From contig NZ_SDHX01000001.1 of assembly GCF_004118375.1 (NCBI RefSeq), positions 1,095,693 through 1,119,692 of the forward strand: 24,000 nt of DNA, written 5' to 3'. A program made the translations under genes and the position numbers. The notes beneath the pieces are model-generated. The model ran no database searches. It saw nothing but the letters and a program-made list of their open reading frames with translations, and had not been told where the DNA came from. Origin of the DNA: Oleiharenicola lentus. Lineage in GTDB: Bacteria > Verrucomicrobiota > Verrucomicrobiia > Opitutales > Opitutaceae. This document shows, one piece after another, positions 21,796-24,000 of this stretch (within the stretch, counting starts at the first letter, position 1; every line of letters starts with the position of its first letter).

Positions 21796-22518
21796 ATGAG
21801 CACCACGACCCTGTCTGACCTCACTCCCGACTCCCGCATCGGCGATCTCGTCGCCACCCGTCCCGGCCTCGCCCGGATTTTTGAAGAGCTGCGCATCGAC
21901 TACTGTTGCGGCGGCAAGCAAAGCCTGGCGGCCGCCAGTGAAAGCCGCGGACTTTCCGTCACCACCGTCATCGCACTGCTGGACGCCGCTGCCGCCGCGC
22001 TGGCCTCCGGTCCGGCGGAAGTGGATGCCGCGGGCATGTCGCTGAAGGACCTGGCCGACCACATCGAGCATACCCATCACGCCTACCTGAAGGAAGAGTT
22101 GCCGCGCCTGGCCGAGATGGCGGAGCGCGTGGCCTACAAGCACGGTCATCGCGATGCGCGGTTGCAGGAGATGGCCACCACGGTCGTCAGCCTGACCCAG
22201 GAAATGTTCCAGCACATGCACAAGGAGGAGGCGGTGCTGTTTCCGCTGGTCCGGCAGATCGAGGGCGGCCTCCGCGGGGGCTTTGCCTCCTCGATCGGCG
22301 ACCCGATCCGCTGCATGGAAGAAGAACATGACAGTGCCGGTCGCGCGACGGAGCGGCTGCGGGAGCTGACCGACGGGTTCACGCCCGATGCGGACGCCTG
22401 CAACACCCACCGCGCCCTGCTGCACGGGCTGGCCCGCTTCGAGGCCGACCTGCACCGCCACGTGCACAAGGAGAACAACGTGATGTTCCCGCGGGCGCTG
22501 GCCCTGGTCTCGGCCTGA
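21796..22518 (+). CDS. ytfE: iron-sulfur cluster repair di-iron protein (RIC; ScdA/YtfE/DnrN family)
   Basis: ScdA_N motif FEELRIDYCCGGKQSL, followed by a hemerythrin-like domain with H-x-x-x-E and HKEE/HKEN histidine/carboxylate motifs. Confidence 0.85.
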   Translation: MSTTTLSDLTPDSRIGDLVATRPGLARIFEELRIDYCCGGKQSLAAASESRGLSVTTVIALLDAAAAALASGPAEVDAAGMSLKDLADHIEHTHHAYLKEELPRLAEMAERVAYKHGHRDARLQEMATTVVSLTQEMFQHMHKEEAVLFPLVRQIEGGLRGGFASSIGDPIRCMEEEHDSAGRATERLRELTDGFTPDADACNTHRALLHGLARFEADLHRHVHKENNVMFPRALALVSA

Positions 22519-22606
22519 GCCCTCGCGGCAGCCGCACAATCCCCGCCCGCAGCCGGGCAAGATCCGCGCACCCGGAACGGGTGAGGGGGAGTATAGTATC
22601 GTTGCC

Positions 22607-23071
22607 ATGAAAACGATCCTAGTTCCCCTCGACCTTTCGCCGGCGACGGTGCGGGTCTGCGACACGGCCAGCGACCTCGCCCGGCTCACCGGGGCCAGGC
22701 TCATCCTGATGCACATCGTCCAGCCGCCCCCGGTGATGATGAGCGAAGTCTATGCGTTCGACGACGGCAAGCTGACCGAACTGGTCGGTGCCGCCAAAAA
22801 GATCGCCGCCCGCAAGCTCCGTGCCGTGGAGCACCGGTGCGAGAAACGCGGATTGCTGACGACGTCGGTGCTGCGCGAGGGCGCACCCGTCGCCGCCATC
22901 CTCGCCAAGGCGGCCTCGGCCCACGCCAGTTGCATCGTGATGGGCAGCCACGGCCACGGCGCGATCTACGACCTGCTGGTCGGGAGCACCACCCATGGCG
23001 TGTTGAAAAAGGCGCCGTGTCCGGTGCTGGTGGTGCCGCCGGCCGGCCGACGGGCGCCGCGCGGAGGCTAG
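22607..23071 (+). CDS. universal stress protein (UspA family)
   Basis: MKTILVPLDLS...ILMHIV...IVMGSHGHGAIYDLLVGSTTHGVLKKAPCPVLVV is the canonical Usp ATP-binding-type pattern. Confidence 0.8.
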   Translation: MKTILVPLDLSPATVRVCDTASDLARLTGARLILMHIVQPPPVMMSEVYAFDDGKLTELVGAAKKIAARKLRAVEHRCEKRGLLTTSVLREGAPVAAILAKAASAHASCIVMGSHGHGAIYDLLVGSTTHGVLKKAPCPVLVVPPAGRRAPRGG

Positions 23072-23166
23072 AAAGCCCGCTGCTAGGCCTGCTTAGCCGC
23101 TCTGGTGACGGAGCGGCGGGATAATATCGTATTTGCACCCGGCCGACAGAACGCTTGTGTGAAGGC

Positions 23167-24000
23167 GTGGTTACCACGTCTGACAATGCCCGCCACAGCC
23201 GGGAACTGGTCCGCCAGCTCCGGGAATCGGATATTTTCAAGGATTACGAGAAGGCTTTCCGTGAGACAACCGGTCTGCCGATCAACCTGCGGCCCATCGA
23301 GGCCTTCGACCTGCCGCACCACAACGACCCCAAGGAGGCGCCCTTCTGCGCCCTCATGGCGAAGACCAACCAGACCTGCGCCGCCTGCCTGCAGCTCCAG
23401 CGCAAGGTTGAGGAGGAGGCCCGCATGGAGCCGAAGACGCTCAAGTGCTTCGCCGGTCTATGTGACTCCGCCGTGCCCGTGCGGGTGGGCGAGAACCTCG
23501 TGGCTTTCCTCCAGACCGGCCAGATCCTCCTGCACAAGCCCAGCGGCCGCGATTTCAAGAAGGTCACCCGCGAACTTATCAACTACGGCGTCGATGCCGA
23601 CCTGAAGAAGCTGGAGGAGGCCTGGTTCCAGACCCGCGTCCTGGAGAAGAAGCAATACGAGGCCGTGCTCCGCCTGCTGACCATCTTCGCCCAGCACCTC
23701 GCCTCGCTGAGCAACCAGCTCATGGTGGCGGCCAAACAGGCCGAGTCGCCCATGATCACCCGGGCGAAGGTCTATATCGCCGAGCACCAGCACGAGGAAA
23801 TGTCCCTGCGCCAGGTCGCCGGCGCGGTGAACACGAGCGCGTTTTATTTCTGCAAGATGTTCAAGCAGGCCACGGGCCTGACCTTCACCGACTATCTCGC
23901 CCGCGTGCGCGTCGAGAAGGTGAAAAACCTGCTCTTGAACCCGCACAAGCGCATCAGCGAGGCCGCCTACGAGGCGGGCTTCCAGTCGCTATCGCAGTTC
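23167..24000 (+). CDS. AraC-family transcriptional regulator with N-terminal PocR-like sensory domain (3' end beyond window)
   Basis: The open frame runs from 23125 to the window end and is not in the ORF track because it has no stop. Candidate starts are GTG 23167 and TTG 23155. The N-terminal domain reads FKDYEKAFRETTGLPINLRP...FCALMAKTNQTCAACLQ...LKCFAGLCDSAVPVRVGENLVAFLQTGQ. AraC HTH region: MSLRQVAGAVNTSAFYFCKMFKQATGLTFTDYLARVRVEK...EAAYEAGFQSLSQF. Confidence 0.75.
   Translation, partial: MVTTSDNARHSRELVRQLRESDIFKDYEKAFRETTGLPINLRPIEAFDLPHHNDPKEAPFCALMAKTNQTCAACLQLQRKVEEEARMEPKTLKCFAGLCDSAVPVRVGENLVAFLQTGQILLHKPSGRDFKKVTRELINYGVDADLKKLEEAWFQTRVLEKKQYEAVLRLLTIFAQHLASLSNQLMVAAKQAESPMITRAKVYIAEHQHEEMSLRQVAGAVNTSAFYFCKMFKQATGLTFTDYLARVRVEKVKNLLLNPHKRISEAAYEAGFQSLSQF

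Noticed and set aside
1-24000. Horizontally acquired or mobile island, CRISPR, tRNA/rRNA, toxin-antitoxin or phage-defence content
   Set aside because: No integrase, transposase or recombinase ORFs, no flanking direct repeats, no spaced repeat arrays and no tRNA-like cloverleaf were seen. Base composition is uniformly high-GC apart from two very short AT-rich patches, which are reported separately.

Overview
High-GC (roughly two-thirds G+C by eye), gene-dense bacterial chromosomal segment. I saw no rRNA, tRNA, CRISPR array, transposase or integrase. The left edge carries housekeeping genes: the 5' end of ppdK, tatC, a small membrane protein and a TlpA-like thioredoxin. From about 2.6 kb to 22.5 kb the window is one nitrogen-oxide respiration / NO-stress island. 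In order it encodes: a YwiC-like membrane protein; NirK with a fused C-terminal cytochrome c; a NirV-like FGE-family protein; a Sco copper chaperone with a CC-repeat N-terminus; a small Cys-motif protein; a lipoprotein azurin; a heme-copper-oxidase (HCO) cluster; a DUF2249 protein; NrfH and NrfA; a 12-TM His-rich membrane protein; a CopD-like protein; a cupin; a Crp/Fnr regulator; a truncated haemoglobin; and a RIC/ScdA di-iron protein. The HCO cluster consists of a divergent subunit-I paralog lacking two CuB histidines, a 49-aa membrane peptide, a CuA subunit II, a Tyr-less subunit I, a membrane Sco, and a cytochrome b / 2x[4Fe-4S] / MvhD-like fusion. A Usp protein and the start of a PocR-AraC regulator close the window. 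The strongest non-coding signal is eight near-identical TTGAY-N4-RTCAA-GGC boxes. Each lies exactly 22 bp upstream of a TAnnnT hexamer, several overlap the upstream gene's TGA stop, and several place the predicted transcription start on or within a few nt of the start codon. The most likely under-described system is the box-driven HCO cluster at 7.8-14.9 kb. I read it as a candidate alternative nitric-oxide reductase with its own quinol-oxidising and copper-insertion modules. All functional calls rest on motif recognition by eye; no database search was possible.
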